Shown here: in pieces, positions 7,208 through 16,667 of the stretch
Layout of the letters: the number at the start of each line of letters is the position of its first letter
How positions within the stretch are numbered: position 1 is the first letter of the stretch
Source: Coriobacteriia bacterium
Lineage (GTDB): Bacteria; Actinomycetota; Coriobacteriia; Coriobacteriales; UBA8131
Assembly: GCA_009781535.1 (NCBI GenBank)
Contig: WQXX01000001.1
Location: 1 to 30,450 of the forward strand
Direction of reading: 5' to 3'
Length of the DNA: 30,450 nt
Notes under the pieces: generated by a model
What the model saw: only the letters and a program-made list of their open reading frames with translations
Databases searched by the model: none
Told to the model about the DNA's origin: nothing
Translations under genes and position numbers: made by a program

Positions 7208-10200
7208 TATGCGTGTTCATGAGTTGGCCAAAGAATTCGGAATGAACTCCAAGGAATTACTTGACCGGCTCCAGGAGATGAAAATCCCTGCAAAAAGCCA
7301 TTCTTCGACCTTAGTGGATGCGTATGTTGACCGCATTCGGAAAAAACTCGGCCCTGAAGTTGCTCAGCGTGCCTCTGAGGCAGAGGCTATACGGGCCCAG
7401 GAAGAAGCTGCACGTGCAGAAGAAGAACAGCGGCGACGTATTGAGGAAGCCGCTGCAAACAAGGCGGCTGTTGAGGCTGAACGGGCTCAGCGCGAGGCAC
7501 AACGCAGCGAGCGCGAGGCTCGCGAAGCCCGTGAAGCCCGTGAAGCTAAAGAGGCCGAGCTTATCTCAAGCGTTGTCATCGATGAACCAGATGAGGAGCC
7601 GGAAGCGCCTGCTCCCAAACCTATCCCCAAATTCAGCGGTTTGCTCTCCCAGATAGAAGCAGAACGTAATCGCCTTGAGGCTGAAAAGATCGCACGGCAG
7701 GAAAGTAAACGTGTAACGGTAAAAGAGAAGATCCCCGGTTATTCGGCAGGTACGGTCGGTGGCGTCGCGCCTGGCGCAGGCGGCGAAAGAGGCAGGAAAG
7801 GCAGCGGCGCTGGAGCGGGCCCAGCTCGCCCAGCTGGTGCTTCTGGCAAGACACGTCCTACCGGTGCTCCAGGCCAGGTTCGCCCTGCAGGCGGTGGCGC
7901 TGCCGCTCAGACTCGCCCAGCAGGCAGTAGCGCTGCCACTGGACAAGCTCGCCAAACTGGCGGCGCCGTTCCAACTCGTCAAGCAGGCCCTGCAGGAGCA
8001 TCTCGCCTTCCAGGTGCTGCAGGTGGGTCGCCAGGTCGTGTGCCAGACGTTCGCAAAAGCGCTTCTGCAGGTGTTGGCGGCGCTGGTTCAAGTGGTGCAA
8101 ACGTTGTTTCCACCGATGCTTTGGTCAGTAAAGCGGGCGCTACAGGCAGCGCTCAGGGGATAAGCTCCACCACCCCAACGCGTGGTGTGTCGGGGAAGGA
8201 TCTCCAGGATCCTAAAATAGCTAAATTGAGTAGCAAATTTATCGATGCTGGGGATGACGATGATGGTGAGACCTCCCAGCGCCGAGGTGGCAGAGGCAAG
8301 AAGGGTGGTCGCGACGTTGCGCATGATAAGGATCGCGAAGGCCTTCGCAGGAAACCTGCCGTAAAAGAGGATCGCCGTGCGAATGTCATGCACTACGCAG
8401 ACGTTATCGACCTTGATGATGATATGCTTGAAGACGAACGCTATCGGCAGATGGCGATTGCTGCTGAGCAGCTACAGCGTGAGCGCGTCTTGGCAGAAGC
8501 ACGAGCAGCGGTAGAGGCTGCCACCGATGAAGGCGAAGGCCGTCGGCGCAAGCGCAAGGAGAAACGTGTCGCCGAGGCCAAGGAGCGTGCCGAGCTCGAG
8601 GCAATCGAGAAGGGCCTCGATATCGAGGTTTTGCTCGATACCTCCATCGTCCAGGTTACCAGCGGTATTACTGTCCAGGAATTTGCCGACGCCATCGGCA
8701 TCGCTTCGAAAGATATCGTCAAGAAGCTCTTCTTGCTCGGATCACCCTTTACCGTTACCCAGACTATGCCGGATGACCTTGTCACACAAATCGCAGCTGA
8801 TTTCGAGGTCAAGATCCGTATTGTGTCCCCAGAAGAACAATATGCAGTCCAGATCCATGACAGCCCTGATGACCTCAAACCCCGTCCGCCGGTGGTCACG
8901 GTCATGGGCCATGTCGATCATGGCAAGACCTCGCTGCTCGACGCCATCCGCTCGACAGGCGTCGCTGCAACTGAGGCGGGCGGCATCACGCAGCATATCG
9001 GCGCTTCGGTTGCCGAGATCAACGGCCGCCAGATCACCTTCATCGATACCCCGGGCCATGAGGCGTTTACAGCCATGCGCGCCCGTGGTGCGAAGGTCAC
9101 CGACGTGGTGGTCCTTGTGGTTGCCGCCGATGACGGCGTTATGCCGCAGACCATCGAAGCTATCAACCACGCGAATGCTGCCGGTGTTCCCATCGTGGTT
9201 GCGGTCAATAAGATTGACAAAGCCAATGCCACGCCTGAGCGCGTACGGCAAGAACTCACCGACCAAGGCATCATTCCGGAGGAATGGGGCGGGCAGAACA
9301 TGTTCGTCGACGTCTCCGCCAAGATGCGTCTCGGTATCGACGAGCTGCTCGAACTCATCCTGCTCCAAGCCGACGTGCTTGAGCTTAAGGCCAACCCCAA
9401 CGCCCTTGCTTCCGGGTTTGTCATCGAGGCAAAACTCGACAAAGGACGCGGCCCGGTGGCAACGGTGCTCGTACAACGTGGCAAACTCAAGGTCGGAGAC
9501 ATCGTGGTTGCCGGCACTGCACATGGCCGCGTCCGTGCGCTCGTCAATCCCTTTGGCGAAAGTGTTGAAGGCGTCTCTCCTGCCGATCCAGTCGAGATCG
9601 TCGGTTTGGCTTCGGTACCGGCTGCCGGTGATGAGTTCAGGGTATTTGCCGATGAACGTGACGCTCGCAACCTCGCCGAGGACCGTGCCTTGCGCCAGCG
9701 CCTCGCCGAGCATCAGAAGAAGGACCGCGTGACGCTCGTTGACCTCTTTACCCGTATCGAGCAGGATAAGCTTTCAGAGCTCAACCTCGTGGTCAAGGCT
9801 GACGTCCAAGGCTCTATTGAAGCGCTTTCCGACGCGCTTGCCAAGATGGATCAATCTGAGGTCCGTATCGATATCATCCACTCTGCTGTCGGTGGTATCA
9901 CCGAAACCGACGTCACGCTTGCGGCTGCATCTGACGCCATCGTTGTCGGCTTTAATGTGCGCCCATCTGCCAAGGCAAAAGCCCTTGCTGACAAGGAACA
10001 GATCGAGATCAAGACCTATCGTGTCATCTACCAAGCCATCGAGGAAATCAACGCAGCCCGTGTCGGCTTGCTTTCACCAGACATCGTCGAGAAGGATATG
10101 GGTATGGCCGAGGTACGCGACCTGTTCAGGGTGCCGCGTGTGGGCACCATTGCCGGCTGTATGGTCACCGAAGGCGAGATCTCGCGCGATGACAGGATAC

Positions 10201-10385
10201 GTATCGTCCGTGAGGGTACGGTCATCCATGATGGAAGCATGGCCTCGCTGCGTCGCTATAAAGAAGACGTTAAGCATGTTCGTGCTGGGTACGAATGCGG
10301 TATCAGTATCGACAACTTCCAAGATATCAAGCTCGGGGATATCCTCGAAGCCTACAAGGTTACTACAGTCGCACGTGTCAACTAG
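7200..10385 (+). CDS. infB: Translation initiation factor IF-2
   Basis: [11 protein letters not shown]2-N; G-domain [31 protein letters not shown]; C-terminal EIKTYRVIY and GYECGI. Confidence 0.98.
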   Translation: MASMRVHELAKEFGMNSKELLDRLQEMKIPAKSHSSTLVDAYVDRIRKKLGPEVAQRASEAEAIRAQEEAARAEEEQRRRIEEAAANKAAVEAERAQREAQRSEREAREAREAREAKEAELISSVVIDEPDEEPEAPAPKPIPKFSGLLSQIEAERNRLEAEKIARQESKRVTVKEKIPGYSAGTVGGVAPGAGGERGRKGSGAGAGPARPAGASGKTRPTGAPGQVRPAGGGAAAQTRPAGSSAATGQARQTGGAVPTRQAGPAGASRLPGAAGGSPGRVPDVRKSASAGVGGAGSSGANVVSTDALVSKAGATGSAQGISSTTPTRGVSGKDLQDPKIAKLSSKFIDAGDDDDGETSQRRGGRGKKGGRDVAHDKDREGLRRKPAVKEDRRANVMHYADVIDLDDDMLEDERYRQMAIAAEQLQRERVLAEARAAVEAATDEGEGRRRKRKEKRVAEAKERAELEAIEKGLDIEVLLDTSIVQVTSGITVQEFADAIGIASKDIVKKLFLLGSPFTVTQTMPDDLVTQIAADFEVKIRIVSPEEQYAVQIHDSPDDLKPRPPVVTVMGHVDHGKTSLLDAIRSTGVAATEAGGITQHIGASVAEINGRQITFIDTPGHEAFTAMRARGAKVTDVVVLVVAADDGVMPQTIEAINHANAAGVPIVVAVNKIDKANATPERVRQELTDQGIIPEEWGGQNMFVDVSAKMRLGIDELLELILLQADVLELKANPNALASGFVIEAKLDKGRGPVATVLVQRGKLKVGDIVVAGTAHGRVRALVNPFGESVEGVSPADPVEIVGLASVPAAGDEFRVFADERDARNLAEDRALRQRLAEHQKKDRVTLVDLFTRIEQDKLSELNLVVKADVQGSIEALSDALAKMDQSEVRIDIIHSAVGGITETDVTLAAASDAIVVGFNVRPSAKAKALADKEQIEIKTYRVIYQAIEEINAARVGLLSPDIVEKDMGMAEVRDLFRVPRVGTIAGCMVTEGEISRDDRIRIVREGTVIHDGSMASLRRYKEDVKHVRAGYECGISIDNFQDIKLGDILEAYKVTTVARVN

Positions 10386-10441
10386 CCGCAGATCCCTAGC
10401 TTATGCACTCATGACAAGTTGGTGCAAATGGAGGTATCAAC

Positions 10442-10876
10442 ATGAAACAATCACTCACTTCGCGCAAGTTGAATGAAGCGGCGCGCACCGCATTAGCCGA
10501 GATTCTGCTGACTGAGGTTGCAGACCCGCGCTTGGCTATGCTGACCGTTTCTGCCGTACAGGTCACGAGGGACAGAAGCATCGCGAACGTCTTTGTATCA
10601 ACCGATCCTGCGCGTTATTCGGAAGTCTCTGACGGGCTCGAAAGCGCCAAGGGCCGCCTGCGTTCTTTGCTCGGTCAGGAACTGGGGTGGCGCGTTACCC
10701 CTGAGTTACGCTTTTCTATCGATACCGGTTTGGATCATGCCATGCTCATCTCCGAAGCTTTGAAGAACGTGCCCGAGACACATGCATCTGAAGAATACGA
10801 AAACAGCCTTCTGGGCGAGAGCGATTTGGATGATCTTGCCTATGCAGAAGGCGTACCTGATCTTGAGGAGGAGTGA
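10442..10876 (+). CDS. rbfA: 30S ribosome-binding factor RbfA
   Basis: EVADPRL..LTV..V.VT.D...A.VF, WRVTPELRF.ID; follows infB; acidic tail. Confidence 0.95.
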   Translation: MKQSLTSRKLNEAARTALAEILLTEVADPRLAMLTVSAVQVTRDRSIANVFVSTDPARYSEVSDGLESAKGRLRSLLGQELGWRVTPELRFSIDTGLDHAMLISEALKNVPETHASEEYENSLLGESDLDDLAYAEGVPDLEEE

Positions 10877-11919
10877 CTCACATGGAAACTCTTACGGTAG
10901 GTGAGACGCTTACGGCTGGTGAGACCCCCGCAGTAGCGGAGACACTTACCGTAGATAAAGCGCTTGCGTTGCTGGAAAACGCAAAGACAGTAGCCATCTG
11001 CTCCCATGTCAATCCAGATGGTGATGCGCTCGGCTCCGCCCTTGCCCTTGCCGCCCTGTTGCGTGCCCGTGGTTGCGAGGTAGCCTGCCTGCTTGCCCAA
11101 GACCGTCCCGCTCCGGCGCTTTATGGTTTTCTGAACGGATACGAGTTCCTGCCTGCCAGCTCCTATACCGCAACTCCTGACCTGTTTGTTGCGCTGGACC
11201 TGCCAGGCGCTTCCCGTCTTGGTGACGGCGTGGCTGTCTTGGATCGCGCTTTACACAGCCTGTGCATCGACCATCATCCCAACTATACCGGTTTTACCGA
11301 CTCCTATTATGGAGATGAGCAAGCTGCCGCAACCGCCTCGCTTGTGTGGGATATCATCAAGGAAAGCGGCATTACGATCACTCCAGACATGGCAGCGTAT
11401 TGTTATGTAGCCGTTATGACCGACACGGGACGCTTTGCCTATCAGAACACCAACGTCCGCACCTTCCTTGATGCTGCCGAGATGGTGGAACATGGCGCCG
11501 ACCCTACCTTCATCAACACACAGGTCTATGGGAATAAATCGATACCTCTTTTACGGCTCGAGTCGCGCCTTATCGAGCGGATGAGTTTTTCCCATGACAA
11601 CACGACCGTCTATTCCTGGGTCGAAGACGAGGACTTCAAGGAACTGGGCGTCAGCAGCGACGATACTGAAAGCCTGCCTATCATTTTGCGCTCTATCGCA
11701 GATGTTAAGGTTGCAGCCTTGCTGCGTGCCGAGAAGGACAAGGTACGCGTGAACCTGCGTTCGCGTTGTGATTGCGACGTGGGGGAGCTTGCCTGTCGCT
11801 TTGGTGGTGGAGGCCATCGTGCCGCCTCTGGATTCACTTATAACGGCTCACTTGATGAGACGATAAATGTTCTGTCGGAAGCGTTCGAGCAACTTGTGTG
11901 CACGGATGATAGCCAGTAA
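10873..11919 (+). CDS. nrnA: DHH/DHHA1 phosphoesterase (NrnA / CnpB-like nanoRNase, pAp or c-di-AMP phosphodiesterase)
   Basis: HVNPDGDALGS, IDHH, TDTGRF, GGGGHRAASG motifs; position after rbfA as for mycobacterial Rv2837c. Alternative start ATG 10882. Confidence 0.9.
   Translation: MTHMETLTVGETLTAGETPAVAETLTVDKALALLENAKTVAICSHVNPDGDALGSALALAALLRARGCEVACLLAQDRPAPALYGFLNGYEFLPASSYTATPDLFVALDLPGASRLGDGVAVLDRALHSLCIDHHPNYTGFTDSYYGDEQAAATASLVWDIIKESGITITPDMAAYCYVAVMTDTGRFAYQNTNVRTFLDAAEMVEHGADPTFINTQVYGNKSIPLLRLESRLIERMSFSHDNTTVYSWVEDEDFKELGVSSDDTESLPIILRSIADVKVAALLRAEKDKVRVNLRSRCDCDVGELACRFGGGGHRAASGFTYNGSLDETINVLSEAFEQLVCTDDSQ
10885..10956 (+). repeat. Four 18-nt (6-aa) units at the N-terminus of the DHH protein
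   Basis: ETLTVG / ETLTAG / ETPAVA / ETLTVD encoded by gaaactcttacggtaggt, gagacgcttacggctggt, gagacccccgcagtagcg, gagacacttaccgtagat. Confidence 0.8.
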
Positions 11920-12895
11920 GCGTGGCGCGACAGGGCTTTCGGGCATTATCGCTGTTGATAAACCTGCGGGTCTGACCTCACATGACATCGTCAACCGTAT
12001 CCGGCGCATCACCCGCGAGCGCCGGGTAGGGCATTGCGGCACGCTCGATCCTTTTGCCACAGGTTTGCTGATGGTGTGCATCGGCCCGGCGACGCGCCTG
12101 GCTGACTATCTGATGGGCGCGCGCAAGCGGTATGTGGCGCGCATTTCCTTTGGGGTTTTAACCGATACCGATGACTGCGAAGGGGCTGTTGTCGAGGTTT
12201 GTCCATTGGACGGGGAACTGTTTGATAAGCTTTCTTCCTTTGAGTTCGCGCAGGGTTTTCTTGCGGGTCTGGTAGGCAGACATGAGCAGATTCCCCCCTC
12301 ATACAGCGCCATACAACGTGATGGCGTGCGTTCTTATGACGCGGCACGGCGGGGTGACATTCTCACACTAAAGGCGCGTCCTATCGAGGTGTATGCCGCC
12401 GAGCTGCTGGGAATCTTGGCACAGGGAGATGAGACGCCGCTACAAGCTGACGCCACTTTGGGTTTAACCTGGGATGTCGCCTTTGAGGTCTCGAAAGGCA
12501 CCTACATCCGTGCGCTGGCCCGCGACATCGCTGGGCAGCTTGGTACCTGTGGGCATCTGGCCGCCTTGCGGCGCACAAGCAGCGGACAGATCGGCTTGGC
12601 AGATGCGTATACGCTTGAAGCAATCGAAGCACGAGGTGTGGAGGCATGTTTTCTTGATCCAGTGTGCGCTTTAGGATTGCCAACCTACGTCTTAGATGCG
12701 CAACAACGAGCCGACGTCTTGAATGGACGTCCGTTAACGCCTGACCCGCAGGTGTTTTCATCAGCAAAAAGGGATGGTAGTATTGTTGCCTGCATCTGCG
12801 ATGATGCTTTTTTTGCTTTGTACCGCTACGACGAAGGGCAAGGAAACCTGCGTGCGTTGGCGGTCATCCCCGGTGCTGTGAGACTATTGAAGTAA
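11906..12895 (+). CDS. truB: tRNA pseudouridine(55) synthase TruB
   Basis: GIIAVDKPAGLTSHD, VGHCGTLDPFATGLL (catalytic Asp), SKGTYIRALARD, LRRT. Start moved to ATG 11906 (MIASKRG), overlapping the nrnA 3' end. Confidence 0.95.
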   Translation: MIASKRGATGLSGIIAVDKPAGLTSHDIVNRIRRITRERRVGHCGTLDPFATGLLMVCIGPATRLADYLMGARKRYVARISFGVLTDTDDCEGAVVEVCPLDGELFDKLSSFEFAQGFLAGLVGRHEQIPPSYSAIQRDGVRSYDAARRGDILTLKARPIEVYAAELLGILAQGDETPLQADATLGLTWDVAFEVSKGTYIRALARDIAGQLGTCGHLAALRRTSSGQIGLADAYTLEAIEARGVEACFLDPVCALGLPTYVLDAQQRADVLNGRPLTPDPQVFSSAKRDGSIVACICDDAFFALYRYDEGQGNLRALAVIPGAVRLLK

Positions 12896-12913
12896 AGGGA
12901 AAAGGAAGGGAAC

Positions 12914-13894
12914 GTGGGAAATTCGAAAACGATGGCAGAAGTGTCAGAGACTTTGGCGGATGCCAGCCACATTCAGGCTCCGTTGATCATCTGGCATGAA
13001 GGAATGGAAGCGCTCGGAAGCGCAGCATGCGCATTCGGCGTTTTTGATGGCGTACACCACGGGCACCAATTCATTATCTCCCGCGCTTTAGCAGATGCGC
13101 GTGTACGCGGAATTGGTGCCTACATCATCACCTTTGACCGCGATCCGGAGGAGCAACTGCATCCTGATGCGCCCTGTCGCAAGCTCTTGAGCAACGAGGA
13201 TCGTCTCAGTCTTTTGGCACGTACAGGAGTGGACGGCGTGCTTGTGATCCCCTTTGAGAAAGGCCTCTCTGGTCTAAGCCCAAACGCTTTCTGTGAAACG
13301 GTCATCAAGTCGGCGTTTCCGACATGCTTCCTTCATACCGGAGAGGACTTCAGGTATGGGACCAGAGCGCTTGGTACAGCCGCAACGCTGAATAACTGGG
13401 CGCATGTGTACGGAGGTTCGCTGACGGCGCATAAACTCTACGATGAGGAGGGCGCTGCTGTCAGTGCGACGCGTATCCGTGGGCTGCTGCAGGAAAGCCA
13501 ACTCGGGGAGGCGACACGTCTGCTCACCCGCCCCTTCTATCTTACCGGTATTGTTGTGGAAGGGCGTCGCGAGGGCAGCCGGATGGGTATTCCCACAGCC
13601 AACCTTAAAACTGCCTATCCTGCGGTAACGCTCGGAGACGGAGTGTATGGTGGATATGTTCATGTAGATGGGCTTCGCTACCGTGCAGCTATCTCGGTGG
13701 GCGCTGCATCGACATTCGGAGTGGACGTCTTTTCCATCGAGCCGCATCTGCTTGACTTTGAAGGCGACCTTTATGGTAAGACGATCACGTTATATTTCAT
13801 CTCATATCTGCGTCCGATGAAGACCTTTGACAGCCCTGAGGAGCTGAAAGAAGCGATTATGTGCGATATCGACTGGACTCGTGAGAACCTTTGA
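12914..13894 (+). CDS. ribF: Bifunctional riboflavin kinase / FAD synthetase
   Basis: GVFDGVHHGHQ, G.DFRYG, GIVVEG...G..MGIPTANL, EPHLLDFEGDLYG; typical position after truB. Confidence 0.95.
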   Translation: MGNSKTMAEVSETLADASHIQAPLIIWHEGMEALGSAACAFGVFDGVHHGHQFIISRALADARVRGIGAYIITFDRDPEEQLHPDAPCRKLLSNEDRLSLLARTGVDGVLVIPFEKGLSGLSPNAFCETVIKSAFPTCFLHTGEDFRYGTRALGTAATLNNWAHVYGGSLTAHKLYDEEGAAVSATRIRGLLQESQLGEATRLLTRPFYLTGIVVEGRREGSRMGIPTANLKTAYPAVTLGDGVYGGYVHVDGLRYRAAISVGAASTFGVDVFSIEPHLLDFEGDLYGKTITLYFISYLRPMKTFDSPEELKEAIMCDIDWTRENL

Positions 13895-13914
13895 ATATCG
13901 TCTTCGTTTACTCA

Positions 13915-14008
13915 GTAAAATAGCTAGAGGAATTAGCAAAAAAGAATCAGTGCCTCTTCAAAATCACAACATCACTGATTGGTAAAATAGCTAGAAAAAT
14001 TAGCAAAA
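13915..14008. repeat. Pair of 27-nt direct repeats separated by 40 nt containing an inverted repeat
   Basis: gtaaaatagctagaggaattagcaaaa (13915-13941) and gtaaaatagctagaaaaattagcaaaa (13982-14008), 25/27 identical; aatcagtg 13945-13952 / cactgatt 13973-13980 in between. Confidence 0.85.
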
Positions 14009-14011
14009 TAA

Positions 14012-14047
14012 AGAGGGCGGCAGGACGAGATCGTCCTGCCGCCCTCT
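14012..14047 (-). terminator. Rho-independent terminator of hppA
   Basis: agagggcggcaggacga / tcgtcctgccgccctct perfect inverted repeat 18 nt after the hppA stop; on the minus strand followed by ttattttgctaattttt. Confidence 0.85.
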
Positions 14048-14065
14048 GGCAATCATCTCAAACAG

Positions 14066-16207
14066 TTATGCAAGCAAAACCAGCAGGGGTACGAGCAGCA
14101 GGGCAACGATGTTGAACACCTTGATCATGGAGTTCAAAGCCGGGCCCGCGGTGTCCTTGTAAGGATCGCCGACGGTATCACCGGTAACAGCAGCTTGATG
14201 GGCAAAGGAGCCCTTGCCGCCGTACTTGCCCTCTTCAATGAGCTTCTTGGCGTTGTCCCAAGCGCCGCCGCCAGATGTCATGGAGATGGCCACAAACAAG
14301 CCGGTGACAATCGTGCCCACAAGAGCGCCACCCAGAACAAGTGCGGTAAACTCGAAGGCATCCGCAAAACCGACAGCCTTCATGATAAAGCCGATGAGCA
14401 GAATGAGAATGGGTACACCGATGGGGATCATAGCCGGAAGCGTCATCTCCCTTAACGCGCTTTGCGTCACGATGTCTACGCACCTGGCATAATTGGGTTT
14501 GCCGGTGCCTTCCATGATGCCTTCGATCTCTTTAAACTGGAGCCGCACCTCCTCAACAACGCCTGCAGCTGCCTTACCAACCGAGGTCATGGCGCGCGAC
14601 GCGAAGAGGAAGGGCAGCAGGCCGCCGATGAACAGCCCGATGAGGACGTAGGGGTTTGAGAGATCAAAACTCAGGCTTGCTGCGCCTTCTACCTGATCTT
14701 CGATCGTGTGGATGAAGTCAGCGAAGAGCACCACAGCTGCCAATGCGGCAGAGGCGATAGCATAACCCTTGGTAACGGCCTTAGTGGTGTTGCCCACGGC
14801 GTCAAGCGCATCGGTGTTCACACGTACACTCTCGGGCAGGCCGCTCATCTCGGCGATGCCGCCCGCATTGTCGGTCACTGGGCCAAAGGAGTCGATGGCA
14901 ACGACGATGCCTGCCATAGAAAGCATGGAAAGCGCCGCAACGGCAATACCGAAGATACCTCCAAGCAGGTAGCTTGCAAGTGTAGCAACAACAATCATGA
15001 TGATGGGGATAGCCGTTGACTCCATACCTACGGCAAGACCCTGGATGATGTTCGTGGCATGACCGGTCTGAGACGCCGAAGCGATGCGTCCAACCGGTTT
15101 TTTAGAAGATGAGGTGTAGTGGTCGGTCACATAGACCATACCGGCAGTAAGGGCAACACCGATGATGGCACAGATCCAGATGGTCAGAGGCGATGCCCCA
15201 AAGGGAACGAGAAGGTTACCCGCTACTACCGCATCCAGCGAGTCGCCCAAAAGCCACTGGCAAATCGGGAAGAACAGAACGGCAGCGATTCCTGCTGCGA
15301 TCCAAAGCCCTTTGTAGAGCGCTCCCATGATGGTGCCGTTCTTGCTCATCTTCACAAACAGGGTTCCGATAACTGATGCAAGGATTGAAACGGCGCCGAT
15401 AGCAAGCGGGAAACCAATCGCAACACTCATGCTGTCAATGCCAAAGGCAAGATGACCGATGAGCATCGCAGCGACAGTCGTAACCACATAGGTCTCGAAC
15501 AGGTCGGCAGCCATGCCGGCACAGTCGCCTACGTTATCGCCTACGTTGTCGGCGATAACAGCCGGGTTGCGCGGGTCGTCTTCAGGAATACCAGCCTCGA
15601 CCTTACCGACGAGGTCGGCTCCCACATCGGCAGCCTTGGTAAAGATACCGCCGCCCAAACGGGCAAATACCGAGATGAGTGAACCGCCAAAGCCTAATCC
15701 GACAAGCGCCGAGACGTCAGCGATTTTGTAATACACAAGCAAGCCCATGATGGAGACAGCCAGGATTCCAAGCCCGATGACGAACATACCGGTGACGGTA
15801 CCGGACTGGAAAGCCACCCTGAGCGCTTTGCCCAAGCCGCCACGGGCAGCCTCGGCGGTGCGCACATTGGCGCGTACCGAGATGCTCATTCCGATGAAGC
15901 CCGCTGCAGCAGAGGCGACGCCTCCGAGCAAAAAGCCAACTGCCGTCCAGACGCCTAAGCCCGTTACGCCTAAGAATCCGGGGATGAGCAAGACGATGGT
16001 GATGACGACTGCTACGATGGCAACCGTGCGGTATTGGCGCTTCATGTATGCCATGGCGCCTTCCTTGATTGCAGCCGAGATGCCTTTCATCGTGTCGTTT
16101 CCGGCTGGCTTCTTGTTGACCTGAAAAATCAGGATGACCGCATACACAGCTGCGACCACCCCGGCTGCAAGGCCGATAATCAGTGTTAAAAGTCCGAGAT
16201 CAAACAT
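14066..16207 (-). CDS. hppA: Membrane-bound pyrophosphatase, K+-independent H+-translocating type
   Basis: [93 protein letters not shown]; many TM helices. Start moved to ATG 16207 (AAGGA SD). Confidence 0.95.
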   Translation of the reverse strand: MFDLGLLTLIIGLAAGVVAAVYAVILIFQVNKKPAGNDTMKGISAAIKEGAMAYMKRQYRTVAIVAVVITIVLLIPGFLGVTGLGVWTAVGFLLGGVASAAAGFIGMSISVRANVRTAEAARGGLGKALRVAFQSGTVTGMFVIGLGILAVSIMGLLVYYKIADVSALVGLGFGGSLISVFARLGGGIFTKAADVGADLVGKVEAGIPEDDPRNPAVIADNVGDNVGDCAGMAADLFETYVVTTVAAMLIGHLAFGIDSMSVAIGFPLAIGAVSILASVIGTLFVKMSKNGTIMGALYKGLWIAAGIAAVLFFPICQWLLGDSLDAVVAGNLLVPFGASPLTIWICAIIGVALTAGMVYVTDHYTSSSKKPVGRIASASQTGHATNIIQGLAVGMESTAIPIIMIVVATLASYLLGGIFGIAVAALSMLSMAGIVVAIDSFGPVTDNAGGIAEMSGLPESVRVNTDALDAVGNTTKAVTKGYAIASAALAAVVLFADFIHTIEDQVEGAASLSFDLSNPYVLIGLFIGGLLPFLFASRAMTSVGKAAAGVVEEVRLQFKEIEGIMEGTGKPNYARCVDIVTQSALREMTLPAMIPIGVPILILLIGFIMKAVGFADAFEFTALVLGGALVGTIVTGLFVAISMTSGGGAWDNAKKLIEEGKYGGKGSFAHQAAVTGDTVGDPYKDTAGPALNSMIKVFNIVALLLVPLLVLLA

Positions 16208-16493
16208 GGCACATCCTTTCATGTTTTGTGATTCCCTGGCAGTGTTGGATTGAAAACCCTAAAGTGAAGGTTTTCTTTGAGGGCCACCACTCGAACCCTC
16301 TTTTTCGCTCTTTCCCTTTGTACTATAGATTGACTGTCACTGCAACCATTCCACCACTAAAACATACCTTTTTATCGCCATCTTGTACAAATAATGACCT
16401 GGGTAATTACCTGTGTTGCATGCCGATGAGAAGAATGTTCGTCATGGCAGGTTCTCATCACGACTGTTCATGTATCACAAGATAACGTATTGC

Positions 16494-16523
16494 GATTACG
16501 CATCGCCAGATTATGCATCGCCA
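16494..16523. repeat. 15-nt tandem duplication in the hppA/dnaG divergent region
   Basis: gattacgcatcgcca / gattatgcatcgcca. Confidence 0.75.
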
Positions 16524-16667
16524 GGTATGAGCGTGTTTGACCATACGGTATACTATTCTTCTGTGGTACTGTTACAAGGAATGATTGGCGTTGGGTTTAC
16601 GATGCTGGTTGGAATGGCAGAATGTTCCAATTCGTAGCAGGTGCAATGTTTGGCTTTAGGAGCTTGG

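Noticed and set aside
8527-10476. Long overlapping ORFs in infB (8527-9732 +, 8742-9713 -, 8918-9670 -, 9739-10476 +)
   Set aside because: Ser/Arg/Pro-rich off-frame translations expected from GC3-rich codons; infB itself is intact, so no frameshift needs to be invoked.
13915-14008. Minimal CRISPR array
   Set aside because: Only two repeats, no cas genes, repeat ends unlike known CRISPR families, and the repeat doubles as a terminator tail; kept only as an unexplained direct repeat.
16413-16637. 74-aa ORF with DYASPDYASP in the hppA/dnaG gap
   Set aside because: TTG start without a convincing SD, composition not gene-like; the repeat is explained by the 15-nt DNA duplication.
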